A DNA stretch of 63,923 bases, counting the filler, from Octopus bimaculoides (lineage: Eukaryota): the NCBI RefSeq assembly GCF_001194135.2. It is 8 parts of 7 records of this genome, joined end to end, with 100 filler letters (N's around TTAATTAATTAA, not from the genome) between each part and the next. Parts side by side here need not be neighbours in the genome. Positions count along the whole stretch, not along the records: positions 1 to 24,534 come from NC_068982.1; 7 more parts are not named here. One strand, given 5' to 3'. A program made the translations under genes and the position numbers. Positions 1-12,619 of this stretch are shown one piece after another (positions within the stretch are counted from its first letter, which is position 1; every line of letters starts with the position of its first letter). Under the pieces are notes generated by a model, which saw only the letters and a program-made list of their open reading frames with translations, was not told where the DNA came from and did no database searches.

Positions 1-372
1 AGGGATCGGGGGACCCTGTCAAAGGCTTTCTCCATGTCAACGAAAGCCAGGTACAGAGGTTTATCCTTGGCTAGGTATTTCTCTTGCAACTGTCTCACTA
101 GAAATAAGGCATCAGTAGTGCTTTTACCTGGCACGAACCCAAACTGCATCTCATCTAAATTGATTCGCTCCCTAATTAGTTGGGCTATGACCCTCTCTGT
201 AACTTTCATAACCTGATCTAACAGCTTGATGCCTCTGTAATTATTTGTATCTAAAGCGTCCCCTTTACCTTTGTAGCAGTTGACTATGATGCTGCTACAC
301 CAGTCATAGGGTATGACTCCTTCGTGTATCACCTGGTTCGTAATACGGGTGACTAGGCTATAGCCAACTTTA
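1..372 (-). mobile_element. RTE-clade LINE reverse transcriptase fragment
   Basis: Minus frame reads ...DWCSSIIVNCYKGKGDALDTNNYRGIKLL...QFGFVPGKSTTDALFLVRQLQEKY...AFVDMEKAFDRVP (RT domains 0-3). Confidence 0.9.
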
Positions 373-2650
373 ACAAATTTAGATCAGTTTATCTGCATAA
401 TTGCCTCTAAATAAATATATAAGTATGTATGTGTGTGTATAGATGGATAGATAAATAACTATTTTAATTGGAGAAAAGAAATATAAACCAATGCAATAAA
501 TGTAATAAAATTTGTGTTCATTCCAGAGAACAGATGTATCTCCATAGCTTTTATGGCAAAGTGGTATAATTCATATACATTATAATTCAGCTCTGCCCAT
601 CAGAGCTAAGATAATTTATAATGAAATTAGATCCACTGGATATGCAGTAAATATAGTGAGGCAAGAAGTAAATACAACAAACTATATAAAAGGACCCAGT
701 ACTGTAATAGATTAGGTTTGAAGGAGTTTTAGTTGAGCAGATTGACCTCCACCTCTTTTTTTTTTTTTTAAAGCCTGGCACTTACTCTGCTTGCTTCTTT
801 TGCTGAACCACTGAGTTATGGAGACAAACCATAACAAAATAACAAACAAAATAACGGTTTTCAAGAGGTGTAGAGGTGAGGCACAAAGACAGACAGACAC
901 ACACACACATACATATATACTAGGTGACGTACCCGGTAATTCTTGGGAAAGCAGAGCTTATCTCTTGATTCTATTGTCATAATTGTTTCGCTAACCGAAT
1001 AACAACAATACAAACTATGTGGCCCTTAAAATGGTTTTTGTGCATTTACAAAGAATACTAAACTGTCTTACCCAGGATCTTGTTTTTAAAGAATTCCCAA
1101 TAAGTTATGAAGACCCAAATTGTGAAGTCAGTTATGTAATAACATGAAATTAGTTATCCGATAGTAAGAATTCAAATAAAGTAGCACCGAAAAGGACTTT
1201 AATGCATTCCCAGAGTATATAGAGCATAAGAGGAATTACTAATAAGGTATGTATACTAAAATCGTGAAGCTTGTTAATTAATAACAAGCTAGTCAGATAT
1301 GAGATAATAACAGTTCAAAGTAAATAACTCTGAAAAGGGCTTCTGTGCATCCCCAGAGAGTATTACCCTCAGGGGCACTAGTGAATAAGTCAGTAACTGA
1401 AATAAGTGGATCTATTGTTTAGGAAAATTTTATTTACTTGTTTAAGGGTTGTACTGGATAAACTGCGAAAATAACTCTAACATTTCAAATACTAAGAAAT
1501 AAGCATATTCAATTTGATTTATACCAAATGATTTAGGAAAATGAATGGGTTATTTTCCTTGGCTGTTAAAATCTGGGCGAATGGGTTATTTCCCTTGGAT
1601 CTTAAAATGAAATATATTATATATATATATATGTATGTATGTATGTATGTATGCAACATATCTTTTGATTGATTTTTAAACATAGAATCTGTTTTCTTTT
1701 TAGACAAGGATTTTTAATGCTCTTATCCACTAAGCCTCAAAATATAATGTAGAATATATTAAGAATTAAAAAGTTAATGCTGTGGAAATCTCAAACTACT
1801 GTAAATTATAATTAATCTTGAAGAGATTTGGAATATTCTACTTTGAACTTGCTTTACTTGAGACATTGTAACTTTCATTCACTTTGTGATTATCATTATT
1901 ACCATCATCGCCATCATCAAAAAAGCCGCATATGACCTTTTTCTGCTTTGTCAGGAGAGAAAAAGCAGTGTTTGTGATCTTTAGCAGGACCTCTGAGTCT
2001 AGTGATGAAAAAGAAGGGAAACCCCCAAATTATGAATTATCTTTTAACCAAAAGGTGGGCTGGATATGAACCTAAGTAAGAGACATCCCTTAAAATTTTG
2101 TGCTTAGTTTTGGAGTCACATGGTTGTGAACCATATTCTTACATACATGGCTATCAGTCTGTTAAAAATTATTCCATTAAACTGAAAATTAAATAATCAA
2201 ATCCAACATTTTAATTAAATAAAATATTTTTTCTCCTATAGCTATTGAATTTTTTTTATGAAACTGAAGAGAAAATATTGTTCATTTAAAGATAGGAGGG
2301 AAGTTACATGTGTGAGAAAAATAATTGAATGCCAAAGGTAAGTTATATAGGATTAAATACTCCATAATGATAAGTGACGTGTGTGTGTGGTCTGTGTACT
2401 ACATATGTAAAGAATCCTGAAGTTGTGTTCTTGAGGTGAAGTGCAAGTGAACAACATTAATAGACTGAGAAACAATAGATGTTTAACAAAGATATCAATC
2501 GATAAATAAAGTCTAAAAAGTTGTTGAAAGTAGAAGATATATTTGCAAAAGTGAAAAAAAAACCCCAAAAAAACAGTCGATAAAAACAAGGTGGAAAACA
2601 TAGGAAATAATAGTAAAGAACATTTTTAAAGTACTTCAAATCTTCCTTAC

Positions 2651-2797
2651 CGTCTTCAACCAAACCTTTTGGACAAAAGCAGCCTTCTACACAAAAAGTA
2701 GTATTGTCGAAAAGATGGGTTCCTTCTTTGTCTCTACACGTTGGAGGATTGGGAGGACCACATTCTTTGTAGACTCGAGGCCAATCACACATAACAG
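2651..2797 (-). CDS. Same gene, exon 9 (TIL after C8)
   Basis: Acceptor tatttcAG and donor GTAAGG. 147 nt, phase 1 to phase 1. VMCDWPRVYKECGPPNPPTCRDKEGTHLFDNTTFCVEGCFCPKGLVED. The next exon was not found in 1-2650. Confidence 0.94.
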
Positions 2798-3342
2798 CTG
2801 AAATAAGACATATTTTATTTTAGTTTTAACATTTTGTGCATTAAACATTTTATGACATTATTTAAAACTTGAAATTGATTACACACAGCACAGTGGTTAT
2901 TTCTTGGAGGGAAGATATTCAAAATAATTGTGTTCTTTCTGTTCTCCCCCCCCCCTCTCTCTCTCTATATATATATAATATATTTATATATGTGAATGAG
3001 AAAAAGGAGAAAATAGAAAAATTGATGCATAGACATCAGTTTATTCAAAGATAATAAAATCAACATAATATGAAATTCTTATTCCTACAGCTGTTTCCAT
3101 ATTCAAAATCAATTTTAAATTTTCATGTTGAAATTGGTTAATTGGATATTTCATGAGGGGAGAATTTCCAGAAAGGAGTTTCATTCCAACGTCAATTTCT
3201 CCATTTTCTCCTTTTTTCTCATTCATAGATATTTTAAATGCCAATATACAGTTTTCACTGAACACTGGTATAAACCAGAGAACTAGGATGCAAACATCCC
3301 TTAAAAGGTTACAGGTCCTTGGCATGATTATACTTATATATA

Positions 3343-4630
3343 TCATCATCATCATCATTTAACGTCCGTTGTCCATGCTGGCATCAGTTGGAGGGTTTGA
3401 TTGGGAAGGCACGCTGGAAGGCTGTGCCAGGCTCCAGTCTGATATTGTATGGTTTTCTACAGCCGAGTGCCCTTCCTAACACCAACCACTCCGAGAGTGT
3501 AATGTGTGCTTTTATGTGCCACTGGCATGGGTGCCATTTGCATGACACTGGTATCTGTCATGACTGCAATTTTGCTTGGCTTGATGGGTCTTCTTCTCAA
3601 ACACAACATAATGCTAAACGTTTTGGTCATTGCCTCCATGAGGCCCAGCACTCGAAAGGAAGTTATATTTTTATATATATATATTTATATAAATTTTTAC
3701 AGATATTTGATAAGATGAGATTCATCAAAACCGGTAATATTTTCTTTATATAATTTTTTAAAATCATTTTTATTAAATTTCCTCTTAAATTGAAATGTCT
3801 TAGACTTACTTTTCATGCTGCTTCCACCTCCACCTTTTATATATAAAAATTTGATTTCTATAGATCTCTAATCTTTTTTCAACCTATATATATATATATA
3901 TNNNNNNNNNNNNNNNNNNNNNNNNNNNNNNNNNNNNNNNNNNNNNNNNNNNNNNNNNNNNNNNNNNNNNNNNNNNNNNNNNNNNNNNNNNNNNNNNNNN
4001 NNNNNNNNNNNNNNNNNNNNNNNNNCTCAAAATGGTGTATTTTATGTGCCACCCACACAAGAGCCAGTCCAGGGGCACTGGCAACGATCTCGCTCGAAAA
4101 TCCTACGAAGGCCAGTCAGGCGGTAGTGGCAACGGCCACGCTCAAAATGGTGTATTTTATGTGCCACCCGCACAAGAGCCAGTCCAGAGGCACTGGCAAC
4201 GACCTCGCTCGAAAGTCCTTACACATGCCGCGGGCACAAGTGCCAGAAGGGCGATGCTGGGCACAGGTGCCATCACAATTTCACTTTCGTTTGCCCCAAT
4301 AAGTCTTCGCAAGCTGAGTTCCGTGTCCAATGAAGGAGACGACGTTGGCACGGGTGCCAGTCGTCGAATTTAGTTCGATTTCACTTGCCTCAGCAAGTCT
4401 TCGCAAGCGGAGTTTAGTGTCCAACGTAGGAAGGTACGCATAAGTGGGCTGGCTACACCCCTGGCAGAAGCCTTGGATTTAGGTCTCACTTGGCTTGCCA
4501 GGTCTTCTCACGCACAGCACATTTCCAAAGGTCTCGGTCAGGAGTCATCGCCTCGGTGAAGCCCAATGTTCAAAGGTCTTGCCTCACCACCTCAGCCCAG
4601 GTCTTCCTGGGCCTACTTCTTCCACGGGGT
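3343..4630 (-). mobile_element. RTE LINE 3' end/3'UTR pieces with (GAT)n tail, split by a gap
   Basis: (CAT)n followed by ttaacgtccgttgtccatgctggcat... on the plus strand. The same 3' end is attached to RT-coding sequence at 5522-6420 and 14200-15230. Confidence 0.75.
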
Positions 4631-4779
4631 CATACATGTGTGTGTGTGTGAAAAGGTTGAATTATATTTCATCATATACATTGGAGGGTTCCAAAAAAGC
4701 AATTTCTAACAAAGATTCTTCATATTTTGCTGGTAGCGTACTGGCGTAAGTTTTTGCGAATATGAAAATATTACTTGTA

Positions 4780-5075
4780 TAGTGTGTGTTATGAAAATTT
4801 ATGGAAAGGAATCCCATAAAACTCAACAAATTTGTTAAAAATGGAGAAGAGAAGTGATACTTCTTGCACTGAAGAGAACAATGATATATAATTAATTTAA
4901 TTTAATCAAATTAATTTAATTATTCCACCATGAATTTACATGTTAATATCACTGTTTGAAACAATCGTATGCGTTTATGAAAGTTCTTTCAAATTTTAAC
5001 ATTTTCTCTTCTCCATTTTTAACAAATTTGTTGAGTTCTATGGATACCTTTCCATAAATTTTCATAGCACACTAT
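4780..5075. mobile_element. MITE with about 75-bp terminal inverted repeats, TA-flanked
   Basis: The left arm atgaaaatttatggaaaggaatcccataaaactcaacaaatttgttaaaaatggagaagaga matches the reverse complement of about 5003-5072. Confidence 0.75.
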
Positions 5076-5080
5076 ATATA

Positions 5081-5207
5081 CAGGGTGTCCACAAAGTCTG
5101 GGTACGTGGAGTAAATAAAATCATGACATAAACAATTAAATATAAGAAATAATAATTTCTTAAAGTATGTGTTAATCCTCATGAACCCAGATTTTGAGGA
5201 CACCCTG
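5081..5207. mobile_element. 127-bp Tc1/mariner-type MITE
   Basis: TA|cagggtgtccacaaagtctggg ... cccagattttgaggacaccctg|TA. Confidence 0.85.
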
Positions 5208-5521
5208 TATATATATGCATATACATGTTTAATTAAGTACATAAAAAAACACACACACACATTTGTGCATTTGGTGTTTTGGGTCAAGTATGTGAAATAA
5301 AATGCATGTATTTAATAAACAAAAGTTGCACAAAATTTAGAAAGTAATTCAAAATGAAGATTTTGCTTGTGTGTCACACATAGAAAACAAAAATGAAATA
5401 GAGTTTGTTTATAAGATATTTAGTTACATCATTTATGAAGGTTTCATTAACAAGAATGGCTATCAGTTATATAATGTAAATCATAAAATCAAATTGACGT
5501 GTCAAATCTTCAGAAATGCAT

Positions 5522-6420
5522 ATCATCATCATCATCATCATCATCATCTTTTAATGTCCGTTGTCCATGCTGGCATGGGTTGGAGGGTTTGACCAAGGCT
5601 GGTAAGCTGAGGGGCTGCACCAGACTGCAGTCTGATTTGGCATGGTTTTCCATGGCTGGATGCCCTTCCTAATGCCAACCAGTCCAAGAGATTAATGGGT
5701 GCTTTTACATATCACTAGCCCAGGTGCTAGTTGTGTGACTTCAGTATCTGACATAACTACAATTTCACTTGGCTTGATGGGTCTTCTCAAGCATAGCATA
5801 TTGCCAAAGGTCTTGGTCACTAGTTATTGCCTCCATTCGAAGATCATGCTTCACCACCTTGTCTCAGGTCTTCCTGTGTCTACCATTTCCACAGATTCCT
5901 TCCACTGTTAGAGTGCAGCACTTCTTCACACAGCTACCCTCATCCATATGCATCACATGATCATACCAGCACAGTCATCTCTTTTGCACACCATATCTGA
6001 TGCTTCTTATACCCAACTTTTCTCTCAGGACACTTACACCCTGTTGTGCATTCACACTGACATTGCTCATCCAGTGGAGCATACTAGCTTCATTCCTTAC
6101 AAATCTGCACATGTCCTCAGCAGTCACAGCCCATGTTTCACTGCCATAGCTGTTTGCATACAGGTATCATAGTCTGCCTTTCACTCTGAGAGAGAAGCCC
6201 TTTGTTTCCAACAGAGGTAGGAACTCTCTGAACTTTACCCAGCCTATTCTTATTCTAGCAGCTATGCATCCACTTCTGCTACTGACTTGGTCACTTAGGT
6301 AATGAAAGCTGTAAACTACTTCTAGTTTTCCCCACTGACATTTGATGGAGTCTATTTTCTCTACATTTTTAGTGTTAATTGTACCTATGCACCTTCTGTA
6401 CATAAAAACTATTTTCCCTG
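5522..6420 (-). mobile_element. 5'-truncated RTE LINE (RT C-terminus + 3'UTR + (GAT)n tail)
   Basis: KLEVVYSFHYLSDQVSS...RIRIGWVKFREFLPLLETKGFSLRVKGRL followed by YGSETWAVT in a shifted frame; (CAT)n tract at 5522-5548. Confidence 0.88.
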
Positions 6421-6503
6421 TTAATCTTCCTCTGATATTGCTGCACCTCTTATGTGCATTAATAAAGCCTATGAAGTTCCATCAGCGAGTTATTATTGCT
6501 ATT

Positions 6504-6878
6504 ATTACCTCCATCTTAGCGAAGGTGGAGGTATTGTTTTCAGTTATGTTTGTTTATTTATCCGTGGACAAGATATCTCAAAAACTGCTGGATGGATTTA
6601 GATGAAACTCTCAGGGATGTTTGACCTTGTGACTGGCATGAACTGATTAGATTTGGGGATCAACCTGGTTCTGGACGAGGATTCTGTTATTTTTCTGGGG
6701 TTTTTTTTCTTTTTTACTTAATTTTTGAGAGCGGTCAGGTCCATTTTTAGTATTCTCATTTGTGAGAGCAGTTGAGTTTATTTCAGATATTCTCATTTAA
6801 AAAATCATCTCTGGCTAATCATTGAGAGGACGTTGGTGTTGCCTTGGCAGAGGTTTGCTCTCTCTGAGTGCTCTTGTT
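6504..6878 (+). mobile_element. Helentron/HINE-like non-autonomous element
   Basis: Starts attacctccatcttagcgaaggtggagg (5' hairpin), has gatatctcaaaaactgctggatggatt internally, and ends gccttggcagaggtttgctctctctgagtgctcttgtt. This layout resembles HINE-type elements as I recall them. Confidence 0.5.
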
Positions 6879-7172
6879 ATATTTATCCCAAGCTGAAAGG
6901 AGTTCCATACCATCAGATTACCCTGGGATAGAATTAACAGGTGGCAGCTGACAATTAAAAGCATAGGAGCTTTTAAGAGCACATCTGAGGCCTTTGATCA
7001 AACTAAAGTAAACAGATGGATGTGTGTGTGTGTAAGTTATTAAGAAAGAAGTATAACTGTATTGAAATAGATATATAGTGATAAAAAGAGAGATCAATAG
7101 CAAAAGCATTGGTCATATTATTTATGCTTTATTCTTTGAACTTGATGAAAAAATATATTTTTGAATACTTAC

Positions 7173-7282
7173 CACACCTATCATTGTTTCTCCATCTAGC
7201 TACGACACCAATGTTTGTACATCTTCTGGCAAAGTTTGCAACAGCTGTACAATAACATTCACAATCTCCACCCAAGTTGCAA
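7173..7282 (-). CDS. Same gene, exon 8 (C8 domain second half); absent from ORF track
   Basis: Acceptor ttatAG and donor GTAAGT. 110 nt, phase 2 to phase 1. (G)CNLGGDCECYCTAVANFARRCTNIGVVARWRNNDRC, the D3-type C.C..GGDC.C.C...A.(Y/F)A..C......WR...C motif. Confidence 0.95.
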
Positions 7283-7821
7283 CTATAATAATTAAAAAGG
7301 ATTAAAAATTCAAATAAATACTTGTTTATATTAAAGATTTTCTTAACTTTTATATACAGTCTCTTTATTTTTCTTTAAGTTCTGGAATCGACCTCACAAA
7401 TTTACAGAATTGAAAAATTTATTTAACAGAAAAAAACCCCAAAAAACCAAAATACTATTATTCTAGTCTTGAGCATAAATATTCTAAAACAACTGCTGGC
7501 CATTTCCTGCTTCATGAATCTGATGAAAATCTGATTTTATATTGTATTTCAACTCCTTGACAGTACTCTGCTGAGTTACACAAATCTCTTTCATTTTTTA
7601 TCAAGAGTGCTTTTATATACATTTTAATAAAAGTAAACTATATCAACATGGTATTTTCACATTTATAAATTGCCAAGGACGGTATTTTCTAACATTTTAT
7701 ACAATTCTACAATGCTAAACACCAGTGTTCTTTGTTCATATGAGTAAAAAAACTATTAATCTGCACATCAACATAGCTTTCACTACAATACTGTTCTATA
7801 TTTTAGAGTGAGGAATTCTGT

Positions 7822-7960
7822 AACTTAGTGGTTCGGCAAATTTGACCGATAGAATAAGTACTAGGCTTACAAAGAATAAGTCCTGGGGTCAATTCCTTCG
7901 ACTAAAGGCAGTGCTCCAGCATGGCCACAGTCAAATGACTGAAACAAGTAAAAGAGTAAA
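7822..7960 (+). mobile_element. CORE-type SINE 3' fragment
   Basis: Near-identical to 12432-12572 (taacttagtggttcggcaaatttgaccgatagaataagtactaggcttacaaagaataagtcctgggg...). Confidence 0.85.
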
Positions 7961-8017
7961 TAAACCATTGTAAAAATAATTTTAAAAAATTTAAAGGAAT
8001 AAATAGTTCCAACTTAC

Positions 8018-8157
8018 CCACAAGAATCGTGTAAACAGTCATCATAATATTCCTGCACAACAGAATCAGGTAACACTTCTCGACATAAGGAGAAGACATT
8101 GCCATATTTAATAACTTTACATGATTCAATAGCCCATGGTTTTCTGCGTGGCTGTAG
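8018..8157 (-). CDS. Same gene, exon 7 (C8 domain first half)
   Basis: Acceptor aattcAG and donor GTAAGT. 140 nt, phase 0 to phase 2. LQPRRKPWAIESCKVIKYGNVFSLCREVLPDSVVQEYYDDCLHDSC. Confidence 0.94.
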
Positions 8158-8644
8158 CTGAATTTCAAAATGTATTAAAAGGAATATTATTAAAAACATG
8201 AGCAGGCTATTTGATTTGTAAACTGAATTATTTTCCATTTTTATATGACATTTTCAACCTGATATGAAATAATTCATGAAATACAGAGGTAACATTTTTC
8301 ATTACAATTTATGCAAACACTTTGCTGAACATAGGAGTTATCAAGAGCTCCCAAAACATAGGTTGAGCCTTTCACTTCACCTTGCTAAGCCAATTTTTAG
8401 GTTTTGTTATCACTTTATACTGTAGGTCATGTAATGTTTATAACCATTCTTTTATCCTTATTTCCATTCTGGGCTGAACTGCACATTGAACTGTCCTTAA
8501 ATGGTTTCAATAGCATATCAGTTTTTCTACAAGAAGAGGCTTCTAGCTTTCAAACTCAATCTTTCTCCATTACTGGAGAAAAAGATTGTTGTTTGTTACT
8601 TCTTGAGCCATGTCTGGCTCATAAAGGCTGGTTTCCAGGTTTCA

Positions 8645-8890
8645 TTGATGTATAGGTTCCTCACCTGGATGGGACGCCACTCTGTCACAGGTGAGCTGCT
8701 GGATGCAGGAAGAAAAAGTGAGAGACAGTTGTGGCGAAAGAGTCAGCAGAAGTTTGCCATTACCTTCTACCGGAGCCATGTGAAGCTTAGGTATTTCGCT
8801 CATAAACACACACAATGCCCAGTCTGAGATTCAAACCCATGATCCTTCGACTGAAAATCCGCTGCTCTAACCACTAGACCATGTGCCTCC
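8645..8890 (-). mobile_element. tRNA-headed SINE (same family as 47192-47580), degenerate
   Basis: Minus strand begins ggaggcacatggtctagtggttagagcagcgg with a B-box-like gggtttgaatct; the body is similar to 47420-47580. Confidence 0.7.
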
Positions 8891-10082
8891 ATGGAGAAAA
8901 GAATACTGTGAGTAATCTCATATGACACTTCTCAGGATATAATGTAATTAATTTCAAAAGTAAGAGAAACAAGAACTAACTGCTATATTTCACAGATATT
9001 TTATTAGTCCTAGAAGACTGACCTCAACAAGACTCAAACTCAGGGTACAGAGAACTTGAACAAAAATCACTAGGCATTTTATCCCATGCTCTAACAAATC
9101 TGTCAATTCACCAAGAACACGAATTTATTTTCTATTGTGAAACTTGTGCATCAAGAGAGCTGAATGAATAATTTTTCCTTTGTTTAACTCAATTTTTCCT
9201 GCTATCGTCCCTCACCCTTCTCTTCCATTTATTTTGTTTGTATTCTGTTTAACTTCTCCACAATCACTCATGGTGACATTGCTTCATTTACATTTTTTCA
9301 TTCAGTTATTCATCATCTACATGTCTTACACCTGGAACTCATCAGGCAGTGGAGAATTAGGGTGTAACATAAAGCTATGGGAAACAACTCTGACATAGTA
9401 TTCTGGCAGATAGTTTTTATTGTTCAACTCTGTTAAGTCTTTGGTTATTTCTGTATTCAGTCCCATCTCCACCATCCTGATCATGTCTTGCCATTGGATC
9501 CAGCTGATTAGAGATGATGGGGCATGAATGATGCTGTTCAAGTTCTTGCCACTTAAAACTAGATTACACCATGTCATGATCTTGCAATTAATTGGTGTGT
9601 GAGCTTCTTGGAGTCACAGACAGCTAGACCTTTCATTGCAGTGGCTGGCACATCACACACATCTGCAACAATGGAAATACTACCACTTTCAAAGCTTCTT
9701 CACTTGTAAGGGCACATGGAATGTGTTGGACAGGTGGGATCAGTTGTAATTATTTGGTCTCCAAATGGCTGCATCCTCAATTGATATCACATGAAGTCAT
9801 AATTTCCATTGATCTCCATTGGGTAAACACCATCAACTCTTATCTTTACTTCCAATACTATAATATTTTCCCCTTTTTCTTTTTCCCATACATTCGTTCT
9901 TGTTTCTTTTGTTTCCTATTGCTGTTCTTTTACAGACTGTTTTCATGCAATCTCAGTTTGAAACAGAATTTTTCTGCAACGGTCAGCATGCCTGAGTTTT
10001 GGCATTTGCTGGATTCTTTCTTGGTAACCCAAACCACCAAAAATACCTTCAAATTCCAGTGACTATGTTTGACATTGTTTAA

Positions 10083-10327
10083 CCCATTTGTGCCGAAATT
10101 TTTCTAGTATATGAAATTACCTGAAAAATCACAGATGCTATTATTTTGACCTAAATAGCAACTGGAAAAAATTTCATTGAAATCCGTTTGATACAGACAG
10201 CATATGCATTAAGAACATGTTTCATTCTTTGATACAGATCATACGCAAATCACAATTTGTATCAAGTATTTGTTTTATACCCTTGTAAATTAAGTGTCAG
10301 TTTAAAAGGACAATCAGCATGAATGGG
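10083..10327. mobile_element. piggyBac-type MITE
   Basis: TTAA|cccatttgtgcc ... agcatgaatggg|TTAA: TTAA target duplication plus CCC-starting short TIRs. Confidence 0.7.
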
Positions 10328-11114
10328 TTAAAAGAAGTTTCCTATCAAAACTGAATCATAACTTGACTGCAAAGAAAAGAAGACAGTCAACTGGATTAAC
10401 TATCTTGTTTTACTGATACTCAGTTTTATTGATCTTAGATAAATACAAAATTGACTTCAGCATAATCCAAATTAAGAGTTTAGAGAGATAAAGCTAAACA
10501 CTAATACTTTTAAAGAAAAACATTTACTAACTCAGTGACTTCTAATGGCACTTAATTGAATTTATTTTAAGGGTTATGTTTAACATGAACTCTTTCAATT
10601 CACTACAAAATCATAGAAAATATTTAACCCAGTTAATGAATTAAAACAAAAGTAAATTTTTCTACATCTTTGTGTTGGTATTTGAACAGTTTATGTTCAA
10701 GGTGTGCTATTGTGAAAAATCATGAACATTTGGAAAGTAAATAACTTTAAAATTGTTATATAGACACCTGGATAAAACCATGTCGTTTAACATATTTCAT
10801 GCTTTCTCAAATCCATAAAAACAAAGAGGTATTCGTAAATATTCTTTAGAGAGTATATGATTTTAATAACAAGGCAAATTCTTAAGAATTGATCCTAATT
10901 GTAAATCTCAAGTAAGTTTTTTTCTTTCTTTAATTTGAATTTCTTTTTTCATAATATCAAACTAGGAAGTCCAATAAAAGTTAATGAGTTGTACATGCAA
11001 CAAGTATCTGCACAGTTTCTATCTATGAAATTCCACCTCAAGGTATTGGTTAAACAGTTTATGCTACAATAAAAAAAAAAGAAAAAAGAAATGAACAAAT
11101 ATGTTTTTACATAC

Positions 11115-11311
11115 CTCACAAGCATCTTTCAAAGTTGAAGGAGGCTTTAGACAGTCAGTAACTCTCCAAGTATGGGCAAATTCAGAAGGTACTTTTTCAA
11201 CTGAATTGGATCTTGTTTGAAAGTCATTTGTAGAGTCATGATCTCTGTTGCCACACAGACCTTGTACTTTCCCAGCCCATTCATCGCTCAATTGGACATA
11301 CAGTCTAGTAC
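11115..11311 (-). CDS. Same gene, exon 6 (VWD domain C-terminal part)
   Basis: Acceptor atattAG and donor GTATGT. 197 nt, phase 1 to phase 0. TRLYVQLSDEWAGKVQGLCGNRDHDSTNDFQTRS...FAHTWRVTDC...DACE, containing the VWD GLCGN.D...NDF motif. The upstream intron is 109 nt. Confidence 0.96.
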
Positions 11312-11420
11312 CTAATATGTATAAATACAATAAATATAAGATAATAACATATGCATGTCAAAGCTGGTTATTCACTCTATCTCTCGCATTCTTTCTAATG
11401 AATTTCAAAGTTTTCCTTAC

Positions 11421-11762
11421 TTTTATCCCATGTAAGTGTAAAACCTACAGATGTATGAACTATATAAGTGAATTCAGTTTCCTTCACTGAATAATTCTGC
11501 GAGACAAGACCTCTGTCAGAAATATCCAAGTCATCAAAGGTTGGTGGCTTTCCTTGTACAAAGTGAATGGTTTTGTTGAAGATTTTTAACTCAATATTCT
11601 TTGTGCAAACTGTAAATGGGAAGTTGCATTCAATATTCCTGACAATAACTTTAAATGTTCCATCCAATGATTCTGTAAAGGTATATGCACAATCGCTTTC
11701 AAAGGAGTAGTGAAGACCATCAAATGTAGAGTAGTGAGATGCACCAGATGTCCAACATTCAG
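11421..11762 (-). CDS. Same gene, exon 5 (VWD domain N-terminal part)
   Basis: Acceptor tatttcAG and donor GTAAGG. 342 nt, phase 1 to phase 1. ECWTSGASHYSTFDGLHYSFESDCAY...RNIECNFPFTVCTK...GFTLTWDK, with the VWD HY.TFDG, C......C and WD motifs. Confidence 0.96.
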
Positions 11763-11964
11763 CTGAAATAGAAGTATAATGCTTGTTTACAATTTGGTTT
11801 AGCAACCTTTATATATGTGTGTGCGGAACATTACATACATACATTTTAATAAATATTTTGGGTAAGGTTGGATCAGATGGAACACATTTTACAAAAGTGC
11901 TTATTTTCAACACATGGTTACATTGGTAAAACTACAACATCATTTTTTAAATATATATATATGT

Positions 11965-12120
11965 GTGTGTATGTGGTAAGTAGCTTGCTTGCCAACCACA
12001 TGGTCTTGGGTTCAGTCCCACTGCGTGACACCTTGGGCAAGTGTCTTCTACTATAGCCTCGGGCCGACTAAAGCCTTGTGAGTGGATTTGGTAGACAGAA
12101 ACTGAAAGAAGCCCGTCGTA

Positions 12121-12157
<37 letters not shown>

Positions 12158-12306
12158 NNNNNNNNNNNNNNNNNNNNNNNNNNNNNNNNNNNNNNNNNNN
12201 NNNNNNNNNNNNNNNNNNNNNNNNNNNNNNNNNNNNNNNNNNNNNNNNNNNNNNNNNNNNNNNNNNNNNNNNNNNNNNNNNNNNNNNNNNNNNNNNNNNN
12301 NNNNNN

Positions 12307-12349
<43 letters not shown>

Positions 12350-12575
12350 TGTATGCGTGTGTGTATGTTTGTATGTCTGTGTTTGTCCCCCCAACATCGC
12401 TTGACAACCGATGCTGGTGTGTTTAGGTCCCCGTAACTTAACGGTTCGGCAAATTTGACCGATAGAATAAGTACTAGGCTTACAAAGAATAAGTCCTGGG
12501 GTCGATTTGATTCGACTAAAGGCGGTGCTCCAGCATGGCCGCAGTCAAATGACTGAAACAACTAAAAGAGTATAT
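11965..12575 (+). mobile_element. tRNA-derived CORE-type SINE with internal (TA)n and gap
   Basis: A-box-like tgtggtaag, B-box-like gggttcagtcc, CORE-like ccttgggcaagtgtcttctactatagcctcgggc, central microsatellite and 3' tail ...gaaacaactaaaagagta. Confidence 0.9.
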
Positions 12576-12619
12576 GTTTATTGTCTTCATCATTTTTGTT
12601 AATGACTACCATTATAATT

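Noticed and set aside
1-2650. Search for the next (phase-1) exon of the gene
   Set aside because: I found no acceptor followed by a C-V...CPC-type peptide. The exon probably lies beyond the window start.
9326-10050. Protein-like minus-strand frame (...GLNTEITKDLTELNNKNYLP...LHPNSPLPDE)
   Set aside because: It is frameshifted upstream, has no splice signals fitting the host gene (exons 6 and 7 already join in phase) and no motif I can assign. It is probably a decayed TE.
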